A stretch of DNA of 29,362 bases from IMG/VR virus record IMGVR_UViG_3300032303_001353, positions 1 to 29,362 of that record; one strand, written 5' to 3'. The stretch is from a virus (Duplodnaviria; Caudoviricetes). The position numbers and the translations under genes were made by a program. This document shows positions 1-8,638 of this stretch, piece by piece (within the stretch, counting starts at the first letter, position 1; the number at the start of each line of letters is the position of its first letter). The notes below the pieces were generated by a model, which was not told the DNA's origin, did not search any database, and saw nothing but the letters and a program-made list of their open reading frames with translations.

Positions 1-54
1 GCTGCTCGTAAAGAAAAGCCAGTGCGTGAGGCCTTTTACTTAGTGGGAGGCGGC

Positions 55-471
55 ATGAAGTTCACCAGTGACCGGCGTAACGAGTGGCTAAAGCTTGTAG
101 AGGCCGGGGCAACGCAGGACGACGCTAACCGTCAAGTCAAAGTGAGCACTGCAACGGTGTGGCGTTGGTTGAAAGCTGGCCGTGAAGCAACTGAGGGCCC
201 GCAGTTTGAGTTCGCCCAGGCGGTTGATGCGCTTGTCAAGCGAAAGCCTAAGCCGCGTCCAGCTCAGCTTGTGACTCAGCAGCGCACTGGGCGGCTAAGT
301 GAAGCGGATTTGGTGATGTTGTTGGAGGAAGCAGCTACGGACTTGAACGTGCAAGCAATCCGCTTGTTACTTGAGCGACCGTGGGAGCCAGGGGATGAAG
401 AACAAACAAAGCAAGGCCCGTCGATCTTCGACGAGCTTGCAGCACTCCGAGTCAGCAAGACTGCGGGTTGA
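55..471 (+). CDS. terS: Terminase small subunit (N-terminal HTH)
   Basis: ATG at 55 follows GGGAGG at 45-50. It has an HTH-like segment (TQDDANRQVKVSTATVWRWLK) and a C-terminal SIFDELAALR, and lies directly upstream of and overlapping terL. Confidence 0.75.
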   Translation: MKFTSDRRNEWLKLVEAGATQDDANRQVKVSTATVWRWLKAGREATEGPQFEFAQAVDALVKRKPKPRPAQLVTQQRTGRLSEADLVMLLEEAATDLNVQAIRLLLERPWEPGDEEQTKQGPSIFDELAALRVSKTAG

Positions 472-1885
472 CGTTTTTGCAAAGTTCTGTGAGCAGTTGT
501 TGGTCACTGAGAATGGTGGCCCGCTTGTGCTTGAGGATTGGCAACGAAGCGTCATTCTGGACTTGTTCGATGGTGCGCAAGAGTCAGTAATTCTGCTCCC
601 GAAAGGGAACGGCAAAACAACGATGATGGGCGCATTGAGCCTGTTCCATCTTGTGACGACCGAGGACGCCCGGTGTTACATCGCTGCAGCATCACGCGAT
701 CAGGCAACGTTGATGTACCAGCACGCTGCTGGGTTCGTGAAACGCAACCCCAGCCTGCAGGAACTAATCCTTGTCAGGGACGGCTACAGGGAACTCAGGT
801 CAAAAACGGACACTGGCTTCGTCAAGGTCTTGGCCTCAGACGCGAACACAGCTGACGGCGTTGGCGGCACCTTGTGTTTCGTTGACGAGCTGCACCGGCA
901 CAAGTCCCCAGCGCTTTATCAAGTGTTCAGGGACGGGTTGGGTAAGCGCAACGGATCAATGGTCACGATCAGCACGGCTGGCGCTGATTTGGAAGGCCCA
1001 CTCGGGAAGTTGAGGACTCGTGCTCACCAGTTGGAGGATCGAGTCACGGTTGGGTTTCATTTTCGGGCTCGTAGCAATGATGGTTCGTTCGTTGCTCATG
1101 AGTGGTGCGTGCCGGAGGGTGAGGACACGGACAACATTGAGCTTGTCAAGCAGGCGAACCCGTCGAGCTTCGTAACCGTTGATGATCTCCGCAGGCGCAG
1201 GGAGTCACCGTCAACGCACGAACGGGACTGGTTGCGGTTCGCGTGTAATCAGTGGGTTGTCAGCATGGACGATGCTTGGCTCGAACCGGGTAAGTGGGAC
1301 ACGCTTTATGAAACTGGCGCGTTCGTTCCAGACGAAGCCGAGGTTTGGGTTGGCGTGGACATTGGATTGCGGCACGACACTTCAGCCGTAACCGTGATCC
1401 ATAAGCGCGATGACGAAAAGTGGGTTGTTGAGGCACGGATTTGGACTCCACCGGAGGGCGGCGAAGTTTCGCTTGCTGAGGTCGAGGGGCACATCATGGA
1501 CTTGCACAACAAGTTCAATGTGCGCGGCGTCGTTTATGACCGTTGGGCTTTCAGTCGCAGCGCCCAGGAATTGGAAGCCAGGGGCGCTTATTGCATTGAG
1601 TTCCCCATGACTAACGAGCGTACGGTTCCGGCTTGTAGCCGGTTGCTTGAGGCAATCAACCGGGGCGAGCTGGTGCATAACGGCAATACGGAGCTTGAGG
1701 CTCATGTGCAGGCCGGGACAGTGAAGATGACTGAGCGTGGCGCTCGCATCACGAAGGGCAAACCTTCGCAGGGCGGCAAGAAAATTGACGCACTGATTGC
1801 GTTGCTGCTGGCGTTCACGGTGGCGAATGACAGTGACGGTGGCAACGAGAGCATTTATGAGCAGCGTGATCTCGTCACGCTCTAA
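395..1885 (+). CDS. terL: Terminase large subunit
   Basis: Walker A (PKGNGKT), Walker B (CFVDELH), coupling motif (ISTAG), nuclease motifs VGVDIG and KIDALIA. Start chosen at ATG 395 after GGGAG; the ORF is open from 371. Confidence 0.95.
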   Translation: MKNKQSKARRSSTSLQHSESARLRVDVFAKFCEQLLVTENGGPLVLEDWQRSVILDLFDGAQESVILLPKGNGKTTMMGALSLFHLVTTEDARCYIAAASRDQATLMYQHAAGFVKRNPSLQELILVRDGYRELRSKTDTGFVKVLASDANTADGVGGTLCFVDELHRHKSPALYQVFRDGLGKRNGSMVTISTAGADLEGPLGKLRTRAHQLEDRVTVGFHFRARSNDGSFVAHEWCVPEGEDTDNIELVKQANPSSFVTVDDLRRRRESPSTHERDWLRFACNQWVVSMDDAWLEPGKWDTLYETGAFVPDEAEVWVGVDIGLRHDTSAVTVIHKRDDEKWVVEARIWTPPEGGEVSLAEVEGHIMDLHNKFNVRGVVYDRWAFSRSAQELEARGAYCIEFPMTNERTVPACSRLLEAINRGELVHNGNTELEAHVQAGTVKMTERGARITKGKPSQGGKKIDALIALLLAFTVANDSDGGNESIYEQRDLVTL

Positions 1886-1899
1886 CGAAGGGAAACGTC

Positions 1900-3087
1900 T
1901 TGGGACTGTTTGACCGTTGGACAGCGCGCAGCGCAGTCCCAGTCGAGTTCGTCAACGATGAAACCTTGATTCTTGGTTCGACGTTTGCGGGCGAGAGCGT
2001 CGTACCGAAAACAAGTGTTCAACTCGTACCAGTGTGGGCTGCAGTGCAGCTTGTTGCTGGCGCGGTTGGTTCTTTGCCGTTGCGTGTTTATCGAACGGAT
2101 AGTGATGGTTCACGGGTTGAAACGCCGTCGCATCGAGCAGCAAAGTTGCTGGCAAACCCGAACCCGTACATGGCTGGTGACGAGTTCGTTGAGGCAATGG
2201 TTACGCACTTGTTGTTGTGGGGCAATGCTTTCGTGTTGAAGGTCAAGTCAAACACGGGTGTCGTGGAGCTTTGGCCTCTTGACCCAAGTCGCGTGAAGGT
2301 CACTCGCTCAAATGACGGGTATCCGCTGTATGTCGTGGATGGCAACAAGGGCCCGTATACCGCTTCAACGATTCTTCACATTCGTGGCTTGAGTTTCGAT
2401 GGTCTTGTTGGCTTGAGCCCAATTCAGATGGCACGTCAGGGTTTGGGCACTTACGCTGCTGCAGCTAAGTACCAGGGGCGTTTCTGGAAAAACAATGCGA
2501 CTCCGGGTGGCGTGCTCACTCACCCGTCTCGTTTGAGCCCTGATGCGGCTGAGCGCCTTCGTGCGCAGTGGAACGCTGCGCATAGTGGTGATCGCGCTAA
2601 CTCCACTGCGATTCTTGAGGAGGGCATGAGTTATCACCCGCTGAGTTTGCCGATGAGTGACTCCAAGTTGCTTGAGGCAATGGACGCGAGTGTTCTTGAT
2701 GTTGCCCGCATGTTTCAGATTCCAAGCGCAATGCTTCAGACGAGCGTTGCTGGTCACTCAATGCAGTACAGCAGCACGGAAATGGAGTACCAGCATTTTC
2801 TTAGGTTTACGTTGCGGCGCTGGCTTTCGCGGATCGAGAAAAGCCTGATGCGTGACAGTGACATTTTCATCAACGTTGGTTTGGGCGCAAAGTTCACGGC
2901 GGCGTTTGACGCGAGTGACTTGACTCGCGGCGACACCAAGACGATTGCGGACATCAACATCGCACTCTTCAAGGAAGGCCTCGTCACTCGTGACGAAGTG
3001 CGAGCCGATTTGGGCCGTTCACCGATTGACGGGGCAATGGACACCCCAGACGTTGTGGTTCCGGTTGGAGATTCGCAGAGTGCGTAA
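1900..3087 (+). CDS. HK97-family portal protein
   Basis: Motifs VWAAVQLVAGAVGSLPL, LLLWGNAF, LWPLDPSRV, ILHIRG..DGLVGLSPI, NNATPGGVL and TRDEVRA; follows terL; TTG start after GAAGGG. Confidence 0.95.
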   Translation: MGLFDRWTARSAVPVEFVNDETLILGSTFAGESVVPKTSVQLVPVWAAVQLVAGAVGSLPLRVYRTDSDGSRVETPSHRAAKLLANPNPYMAGDEFVEAMVTHLLLWGNAFVLKVKSNTGVVELWPLDPSRVKVTRSNDGYPLYVVDGNKGPYTASTILHIRGLSFDGLVGLSPIQMARQGLGTYAAAAKYQGRFWKNNATPGGVLTHPSRLSPDAAERLRAQWNAAHSGDRANSTAILEEGMSYHPLSLPMSDSKLLEAMDASVLDVARMFQIPSAMLQTSVAGHSMQYSSTEMEYQHFLRFTLRRWLSRIEKSLMRDSDIFINVGLGAKFTAAFDASDLTRGDTKTIADINIALFKEGLVTRDEVRADLGRSPIDGAMDTPDVVVPVGDSQSA

Positions 3088-3103
3088 AGACATGGAGGCA
3101 GGC

Positions 3104-3868
3104 GTGAAGGTTGAGCAGAGAGTCATTTCTGGGAGTGATCTGCGTGAAGATCCATCCCTTGTAGCTGAGTTGCGTGACGGCCTGGACGTTGTTGAGAGTC
3201 GTGTCGCACCCGTTACTACCGAGGTTCGTGCTGCGGGTGACGGTTCGTGGACACTTGTTGGCCTTGCCGCTGTTTACGAAAGCGAGAGCGAAGAGCTTGC
3301 TGGCTTTCGTGAGGTAATCAAACGGGGTGCTTTCAGGCGCGTTCTCAAACAGGACGGCCTTGATGTGCGGTGTTTGTTCAACCATGATCAGAACATTGTG
3401 TTGGGGCGCACTCCAGCGACGCTTGTGTTGCGTGAAGATCCCCGTGGCCTTGTCTATGAGGTCAACGTGGCACCAACCACTGCCGGCAATGATTTGCGCG
3501 TTTTGCTGGAGCGCGGTGACGTTACCCAGTCATCGTTTGCTTTCAAGGTTGGCGCTCAGGAATGGTCAGAGGCCGAGGATGGCACTTTGATTCGCACGAT
3601 CACGGACTTCGCTGACCTTCTTGATGTCAGCCCAGTGACGTTTCCGGCATATCGTGAGACGAGCGCTGAGAGCGTTCTAAATCAAGTTTCAAGCAACGAA
3701 ATTGTTGCTTCAAGAGATTCGTCAACACGCGAATTGGAGCAAGGGGGCGAGGGCACCGTCGAGCAGCCCGCACCCCAGGCCGATTCGCAGCCTCGGCGGG
3801 CTGACGAAATGGGCGCGCACCGTCACAGGTTGCGTCGTCTCCGACTGCGCGAAAAGCGCGCAGCGTAA
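3104..3868 (+). CDS. HK97-family prohead (capsid maturation) protease
   Basis: Motifs GLAAVY, FREVIKRGAF, LFNHD (His), QSSFAF (Ser) and DVSPVTFPAY. Start uncertain (3080, 3092 or 3104; GGAGG precedes GTG 3104). Confidence 0.92.
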   Translation: MKVEQRVISGSDLREDPSLVAELRDGLDVVESRVAPVTTEVRAAGDGSWTLVGLAAVYESESEELAGFREVIKRGAFRRVLKQDGLDVRCLFNHDQNIVLGRTPATLVLREDPRGLVYEVNVAPTTAGNDLRVLLERGDVTQSSFAFKVGAQEWSEAEDGTLIRTITDFADLLDVSPVTFPAYRETSAESVLNQVSSNEIVASRDSSTRELEQGGEGTVEQPAPQADSQPRRADEMGAHRHRLRRLRLREKRAA

Positions 3869-3889
3869 ATCAAACAAAGGAGAAAGATC

Positions 3890-5080
3890 GTGTCAATTGA
3901 CAAGATCACGAACCTGCGTGGCAAGGCTGCACATCAGCTCGCCGAGCTTCGCCGGGTCATTGAAGAAAACGAAGTGCTCACCGCTGAACAGGCGCAAGAG
4001 TTCGATCGTCGTGAAGCAGAGCTTGACGCCACGAACGAAACGATTGTTCGCCTTGAGAAGATCGAGGGCATCGCTCCCGCGCCACAGTTCGCTGAGGCTC
4101 GCAGCATCGCTCTTGGTGACGGCGAGGACGTAAGCATCGACGAGGGCGTTGAGGTCGTTGAGAAGCGCGACACGATGCAGGCGTTTGGTGATTGGATGCG
4201 TTCGCGTGGCACTGACGTTGAAGCTCGCTCAACGATGATCACTGCTACGTCGGGCCGTGGTTCGCAGTGGGTTCCGCAAGAGTGGAGCAATCAGCTCATT
4301 CAGTCGCTTGTCCTTCAGACAGCGCTGTTTGATGTCGCTCAGGTGCTTGACACTCAGGACGGCACTACCCTGAACCTCCCAGCGTCAACTGCTGATGAGG
4401 CAACGGCACTGGTAGCCCAGGAAGGTTCGTACACGACTCCGAACCCAACGACCGCGTCAATCACTTTGGGCGCGTTCAAGTACGGGCACATCGTGAAGGT
4501 TTCTGAGGAGCTGTTGGCTGATTCAATCATCGACATTGCAGCCTACGTGCGCAATCAGGTAAGCCGTTACATGGGTAACCAGATTGGTGCCGTGCTCGCA
4601 ACCGGTGACGGTTCAGCAAAGCCATCAGGCATCGTCAATGCAACAACTGGCGTCACTGCAGCAAGCCCGACCGCAGTAACCTCTGACGAACTGTTTGACC
4701 TGCAGCACTCGGTCGCAGCTCCATACCGCAATAACGGTGCGTTCTTTGTGAACGACACGTTCCTGCGTAACGTCAGGAAGCTCAAGGGCTCAGGCTCAGG
4801 AGATTACCTCCTGCAGCCAGGTCTGTCAGCTGGTGCACCAGCAACCCTGCTGGGTTCACCCGTGTACATCGAGCAGCTTGCAACTCCGGCTGCCAGCGCT
4901 GTTCCAGCCGTTTACGGCGACCCGAACGGGTTTGTTGTTCGTCGCACTCCCGTTGAGATCAAGGTACTCAACGAGACTTACGGTGAAACCGGGCACGTTG
5001 GTTTCCGCGTAAGTATGCGTATCGACTCCAAGATCGCTGACTCAGCGGCTCTTAGGAAGCTAGTACAGGCAGCGTCGTAG
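3890..5080 (+). CDS. Major capsid protein, HK97 fold, with N-terminal coiled-coil delta domain
   Basis: Strong RBS AGGAGA; motifs VKVSEELLADS, GDGSAKPSGI, LKGSGSGDYL and TLLGSPV; follows the protease. Confidence 0.95.
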   Translation: MSIDKITNLRGKAAHQLAELRRVIEENEVLTAEQAQEFDRREAELDATNETIVRLEKIEGIAPAPQFAEARSIALGDGEDVSIDEGVEVVEKRDTMQAFGDWMRSRGTDVEARSTMITATSGRGSQWVPQEWSNQLIQSLVLQTALFDVAQVLDTQDGTTLNLPASTADEATALVAQEGSYTTPNPTTASITLGAFKYGHIVKVSEELLADSIIDIAAYVRNQVSRYMGNQIGAVLATGDGSAKPSGIVNATTGVTAASPTAVTSDELFDLQHSVAAPYRNNGAFFVNDTFLRNVRKLKGSGSGDYLLQPGLSAGAPATLLGSPVYIEQLATPAASAVPAVYGDPNGFVVRRTPVEIKVLNETYGETGHVGFRVSMRIDSKIADSAALRKLVQAAS

Positions 5081-5090
5081 CCAAGCAAAC

Positions 5091-5128
5091 CCCGCTCACC
5101 CCACTAACGGGGTGGGCGGGTGTTGTTT
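5091..5128 (+). terminator. Intrinsic terminator after the major capsid gene
   Basis: 12-bp stem CCCGCTCACCCC/GGGGTGGGCGGG (one G-U pair), loop ACTAAC, followed by TGTTGTTT. Confidence 0.8.
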
Positions 5129-5151
5129 CCAATCTTCAATAAGAAAGACAG

Positions 5152-5352
5152 GTGATTGCCGTGGCGAAAGTCAAGGTCAAGCTCCTCACAAGCCGCGTAG
5201 ATGGCTCCGAGTCATGGGTCAGTGGTGACGAACTTGAGGTTTCTGCTGATGAAGCTAAGCGCATGTTTGACGCTGAGCTCGCGGTTCCAGTAGCCGCTAA
5301 GAAAGCAACTCGCACAGCGAAGGCGTCAAGCACTGGCGTAGAAAGCCGCTAA
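5152..5352 (+). CDS. Small hypothetical protein downstream of the capsid gene
   Basis: Short beta-rich domain (GDELEVSADEAKRM) with a basic low-complexity tail, typical of ORFs after the MCP. The start may be GTG 5161. Confidence 0.65.
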   Translation: MIAVAKVKVKLLTSRVDGSESWVSGDELEVSADEAKRMFDAELAVPVAAKKATRTAKASSTGVESR

Positions 5353-5354
5353 TC

Positions 5355-6185
5355 GTGCAGCGCGTCGTCAAGGGCATTCCACAAACGCTCGTATTGCCTA
5401 CGAGCTTGAAGGCGACGGCTGGCACTGTGACGATCATTCGTGATCGTGACTCGGCAACAATCGCGTCTGCTGCTGCAGTGACCCTCGCAGCTAAGTCAGT
5501 TTCGTATGTTCTTGCTGGACAGTCAAGTGAAGCGAACTTGACGGCAACGTGGACGCTTACGACTGCCTCGGGCACCGTCACGGTGAGCGAACCAGTTGAG
5601 GTCACGTCGTGCGAAGCAGTGAGCGTCGAAGAGATGCGCACTCGCAGGCCGCTCGATGACGTAAACCGTTACCCCGACGCGACGCTCATCAGGGCGCGTG
5701 AGGCACTTGTCTCCGAGATGAGTGACCGTGCGGGAGTGAAGTTCACGGGTGGGGAGTTCACCGTCACACTTGACGGCACTGGCACAACTGAATTGTTCCT
5801 TCCTGTTGGTAAGCCACGCACGATCACAAAGGTCGTGGTTGATGGCGCAACGCTTTCAGCTGATGCGCTCGCAACGATTCTTGTTGATTCACGCGCTGGC
5901 GTGTTGTACTACCCGACTGGTTGGATCTCGGGGCGCTTGAACGTCACTGTGACGGGTGTCAGTGGCTTTACGCAACCGCCAGGGGGCTTGGCACCAGCTT
6001 TGGCTAAGGGCGTTAGGCACATGCTCGTTGATTCACCTACAAGTGATCGTGCGACAAGCATTAGCAATGAGGACGGCACAACACAGAACTTGATTGTTGC
6101 TGGCTATTCGCGGGGTGCCGTGTTCGCAATTCCTGAGCTGAACGTCCTTGTTGAGCAGCAACGAAACGCTTTTGGTGTCGCATGA
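5355..6185 (+). CDS. Head-to-tail adaptor with extra N-terminal beta-rich (Ig-like) domain
   Basis: Residues ~88 onward resemble adaptors (VSVEEMR...YPDATLIRAR...LDGTGTTELFLP...ITKVVVDG...NVTVTGVSG); position after the capsid gene. Confidence 0.7.
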   Translation: MQRVVKGIPQTLVLPTSLKATAGTVTIIRDRDSATIASAAAVTLAAKSVSYVLAGQSSEANLTATWTLTTASGTVTVSEPVEVTSCEAVSVEEMRTRRPLDDVNRYPDATLIRAREALVSEMSDRAGVKFTGGEFTVTLDGTGTTELFLPVGKPRTITKVVVDGATLSADALATILVDSRAGVLYYPTGWISGRLNVTVTGVSGFTQPPGGLAPALAKGVRHMLVDSPTSDRATSISNEDGTTQNLIVAGYSRGAVFAIPELNVLVEQQRNAFGVA

Positions 6186-6616
6186 CTAACGCCTTGAATG
6201 TCAAGCGCGCCATTGTGACGGCAATCAGGCAACAGCCGGAGTTCCAGAATCGTCAGGTGGAACTGGGGCATCCCGGTTCACGAATTGAGCACGAATCAGT
6301 GTTCGTTGTGAGTGTCAGTGATGACGAAACAGCCAGGTCACTTGGCAAGGCTCACAGGCGTGAGACGTTGACAGTTGAGCTGGGCATCTTGAGTGAGGTT
6401 GTGGGTAGCGATCAGGTTGAGGCGCAGGAGCGCGCTTACGTGATGCTCGCCGGTGTTGAGAACGCTGTTGCCCAGGACTCGTCACTTGGTGGGCTTGCGT
6501 TGATGAGTGAAATCACTGGTTTTGCGGAGACGAGTTTCAGTGGTGATCAACGTTCGGTGAGTGAGATCACTGTGCAGGTGCGGGTAGTGGCAAACAAAGA
6601 CTTTGATGGGAGTTGA
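6182..6616 (+). CDS. Putative tail terminator / tail completion protein
   Basis: Size, ATGA overlap and position before the tail tube gene; RRETLTVEL and VENAVAQDSSLGG match this class. Confidence 0.6.
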   Translation: MTNALNVKRAIVTAIRQQPEFQNRQVELGHPGSRIEHESVFVVSVSDDETARSLGKAHRRETLTVELGILSEVVGSDQVEAQERAYVMLAGVENAVAQDSSLGGLALMSEITGFAETSFSGDQRSVSEITVQVRVVANKDFDGS

Positions 6617-6801
6617 TGATGAAGATCAAGTACGAGGGGCCGTGTAATGGCGGCGTTGAGCTTGTCGAGCAGGGCTTGAAGGCAAAGCCGGGTGACGTTG
6701 TTGACGTTCCGGCAGGTGTCGCTAATGAACTGGTTGCGTCCGGTGAGTGGACAAAGCCCGATAAAAACGATGCACCAGTGGTGCAGGAGGGTGGTTCCTG
6801 A
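6616..6801 (+). CDS. Small hypothetical neck-region protein
   Basis: MKIKYEGP...GDVVDVPAGVANELVASGEW; RBS GGGAG; coupled to both neighbours. Confidence 0.7.
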   Translation: MMKIKYEGPCNGGVELVEQGLKAKPGDVVDVPAGVANELVASGEWTKPDKNDAPVVQEGGS

Positions 6802-7784
6802 TGGCCCGCGTTGGCGATCTGACATTTGCAGTAGGACGGGAGTCAACAGTTGGTACGGGCGTTGCCCCGACTCGTCGCTTTGAGGTCATTGACGAGAATC
6901 TCAAGCTCACGGTTGACCGCATTGAGTCAAAGGCACTGAAAAACAGCCGCCGGTTCTTGAGCACTTCGGGTTCAGCCGCTGGTGTTCGCAGCGTCGAGGG
7001 TGACTTCACTATGGAAGTGCCTAGTGCTGGGTTTGGCACGTTGCTTCGGGCACTGTTGGGCGCACCAAGCACGACTGCTGATTCTCCAGTGGCTGGCGTG
7101 TATTCGCACCGTTTTAACTCGAACACGAGCATTGACGCTGAAAGCCTGACGTGCGAAATTGTCCGCACGGACGTAACGGGCGATCAACACCGCTTCACTT
7201 ATGCGGGTGTCGCGTTGATGCAAGCAGAGTTCGCAGCGTCCGTTGGCGAGTTCGTCACCGCAAAGTTCACGGTTGACGGCATTGACGAGGCTTACAGTGT
7301 TGCGGCACCGCAGTCAGCAACGTACCCCACGTCAACTCCATTGGTTTTCAATGGTGCGACTCTCACCATTGACGGTACTGCTACTCCAATCAAGGCTTGC
7401 AACATCAAGTTTGACACTGGCCGTAAGGGAGACAGGTACTTTTTGGGGTCGAACACTAAGAAAGCTCAGGTTGAGGCTGGCCTTCGTGACGTGTCGGGCA
7501 CCATTGACGTTGAGTGGGACGACCTGACGCTGTACAACAAGTACAGGGATGGCAGTAGCGCTGAGCTGGTATTCCAGTTCAAGACTCAACAGCCGATCAG
7601 TGGCAGCACTTACGGGTCAGTGATCGTGACCGTCTACAACGCCCGATTTGATGGTGAGACACCAACATCGAACGGAAACGACATCATCATGCAGAGCATT
7701 CCGTTCAAGGCTTTGGACGATGGCACTTCGCCGAGTGTTCATCCGGTTGCCGTGTATGTGACGTCACTGGACTCAACGTACTAA
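6801..7784 (+). CDS. Major tail (tube) protein
   Basis: GRESTVGTGVAPTR N-terminus, VEGDFTMEV and RDVSGTIDVEWDD; strong RBS GGAGG; position before the chaperone and tape measure genes. Confidence 0.85.
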   Translation: MARVGDLTFAVGRESTVGTGVAPTRRFEVIDENLKLTVDRIESKALKNSRRFLSTSGSAAGVRSVEGDFTMEVPSAGFGTLLRALLGAPSTTADSPVAGVYSHRFNSNTSIDAESLTCEIVRTDVTGDQHRFTYAGVALMQAEFAASVGEFVTAKFTVDGIDEAYSVAAPQSATYPTSTPLVFNGATLTIDGTATPIKACNIKFDTGRKGDRYFLGSNTKKAQVEAGLRDVSGTIDVEWDDLTLYNKYRDGSSAELVFQFKTQQPISGSTYGSVIVTVYNARFDGETPTSNGNDIIMQSIPFKALDDGTSPSVHPVAVYVTSLDSTY

Positions 7785-8204
7785 ATGGCAGACCTGCAGT
7801 TCACGGGTTACGGATCTCGCATTGAGGTTGACGCTGATGGAGTGCGTAAAGCTCTGATCCGTGTTGCCCCAGAGCTCGAAAAAGAGTTGCGTGACGAGCT
7901 GAAGCGCTTGACACGTCAGGCCCGTGACGAAGTGAAACTGCGGGCTCCAGTCCGAACCGGACAGTTGAAACGCAACGTGACGACACGGTTTCAGTTCACG
8001 AAGTCACGGACACAGGCGTTCGTGACGGTCAAGCGCCCCGGCGGTTCGTATGCGTGGATCGTCGAGCACGGCAGAAAGAAGGGCAATGGCCCGTTCCCGG
8101 GCCGGGGTTACATCGCTGAAGCACGCGCAGTCAGCATTCCTCGCTTTGAGGCTGGTGCTGAGAAGGCAATCGACAAGGCTCTTCGTTCAACGGGCCTGAA
8201 ATAA
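7785..8204 (+). CDS. HK97 gp10-like protein
   Basis: Signature APVRTGQLKRN...YAWIVEHG...GRGYI. Confidence 0.8.
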   Translation: MADLQFTGYGSRIEVDADGVRKALIRVAPELEKELRDELKRLTRQARDEVKLRAPVRTGQLKRNVTTRFQFTKSRTQAFVTVKRPGGSYAWIVEHGRKKGNGPFPGRGYIAEARAVSIPRFEAGAEKAIDKALRSTGLK

Positions 8205-8216
8205 GGGGGAAAGCAA

Positions 8217-8522
8217 GTGAGTGACATCGTAAAAATCAAGGTTGAGGATGAAGTCTTTGACCTTGACATGAGTGCACTGACGTGGGGTGAGCTCACGGAA
8301 CTGGAAGAGGTTGCGTTTGGTGGCGAGAGCATTGAGGCCGTGAACCTTGAAAGCGCCAGGGGCATCGTTGGATTGGCGTGGCTTGCTCGTAAGCGCAAGT
8401 ACCCGCAGACAATCATTGACGACGTGAAGCGCCTCCCGGTTGGGTCGGTTGAGGTTGTGGAGTCGGACCCTACGACCGCCGGAAACCCCGGCGAGGACGT
8501 GGACTCTGGACCCCAGTCCTGA
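8217..8522 (+). CDS. Tail assembly chaperone (gpG-like)
   Basis: Acidic ~100-aa ORF before the tape measure gene, ending ..SDPTTAGNPG. Confidence 0.8.
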   Translation: MSDIVKIKVEDEVFDLDMSALTWGELTELEEVAFGGESIEAVNLESARGIVGLAWLARKRKYPQTIIDDVKRLPVGSVEVVESDPTTAGNPGEDVDSGPQS

Positions 8523-8638
8523 GCGACAGGTTGGGAATCCAGCCGTGGGACATGGAGCAGTTGACGGATCGTGAGTGGCGGCTTATTCACGAGTATTTCA
8601 AGGCTGAAGAACAAGAGATGAGGAGGCAGCGTGGCTAA
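8453..8638 (+). CDS. Tail assembly chaperone -1 frameshift extension (gpT-like)
   Basis: The -1 frame is open 8453-8638 and encodes ..WTPVLSDRLGIQPWDMEQLTDREWRLIHEYFKAEEQEMRRQRG*. Slippery heptamer A AAC CCC at 8483-8489 is in the correct register. Confidence 0.75.
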   Translation, partial: GCGVGPYDRRKPRRGRGLWTPVLSDRLGIQPWDMEQLTDREWRLIHEYFKAEEQEMRRQRG

